64,000 nt of DNA from Mobula hypostoma (Eukaryota), in assembly GCF_963921235.1 (NCBI RefSeq), contig NC_086103.1, positions 66,712,001 through 66,776,000 on the forward strand, written 5' to 3'. This document shows positions 63,465-64,000 of this stretch, piece by piece. The notes under the pieces are model-generated. The model searched no databases, had not been told where the DNA came from, and saw only the letters and a program-made list of their open reading frames with translations. Both the position numbers and the translations under genes were made by a program. Each line of letters starts with the position of its first letter. The first letter of the stretch is position 1.

Positions 63465-64000
63465 TAAGATCACAAGGTCACAAGACAAAGGAGCAGAAGT
63501 AGGCCATTCGGCCCATTGAGTCTGCTCTGCCACTCCACCATGGGCTAAACTATTCTCCCATCTAGTTCCAATTTCAGGTTTTTTCCCCATATCCCTTGAT
63601 ACCCTGACTAATTAGATACCTATCAATCTCCTCCTTAAACACCCTCAATGATCAGGCCTCCACAGCTGTATGTGGCAACGAATTCCATAAATCCACGGCC
63701 CTCTGGCTAAAAATATTTCTCCTCATCCCTGTTTTAAATGGGTGCCCTCTAATTCTAAGGCTGTGGCCTCTTGTCCTGGACTCACCCACCAAGGGAAACA
63801 GCCTTTCCACATCTACTCTGTCCAACCCTTTCAACATACGAAATGTTTCTATGAGATCCCCTCTCATTCTTCTATACTCTAAAGAATACAGTCCAAGAGC
63901 CGACAAATGCTCCTCATATGTTAGCCCCTGCATTCCAGGAATCATCCTCGTAAATCTTCTCTGAACTCTCTCCAACATCAGTACATCCCTTCTAAGACAG
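63465..64000 (-). mobile_element. CR1 3' portion (runs off the window)
   Basis: LERVQRRFTRMIPGMQGLTYEE..LYSLEYRRMRGDLIETF..FSQRAVDLWNSLP. Confidence 0.93.

Noticed and set aside
1-64000. tRNA, rRNA or known miRNA genes
   Set aside because: Only SINE-derived tRNA-like heads were seen. A visual scan found no conserved mature miRNA, but it is not exhaustive.

Overview
Eukaryotic (vertebrate) non-coding DNA dominated by transposable elements. The repeat mix (many CR1 LINEs, HE1/V-SINEs, SacSINE1/DeuSINE-like remnants, Penelope-like elements, Rex1/Babar LINEs) points to a cartilaginous fish, probably a ray or skate; this is inferred from recalled families, not from a database search. I recognise no host protein-coding gene, rRNA, tRNA or CRISPR array, so the window looks like a large intron or intergenic region. 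Main observations: (1) a ~7.35 kb, 33-bp minisatellite born from the LSPLLYSLYTHD codons of a Rex1/Babar reverse transcriptase, still flanked by both halves of that RT and showing 44-unit and 34-unit higher-order duplications; (2) an RTE LINE flanked by a ~182-bp direct repeat; (3) a short internally deleted RTE derivative whose 5' end can fold into a double-pseudoknot-like structure and which is split by a solo LTR inside a three-level nest; (4) decayed minimal hammerhead ribozyme motifs in Penelope termini; (5) a full-length decayed Gypsy element with LTRs, TSD, PBS and PPT; (6) a nearly intact CR1 ORF2. Boundaries of degraded repeats are approximate (tens of bp) unless a TSD is quoted.
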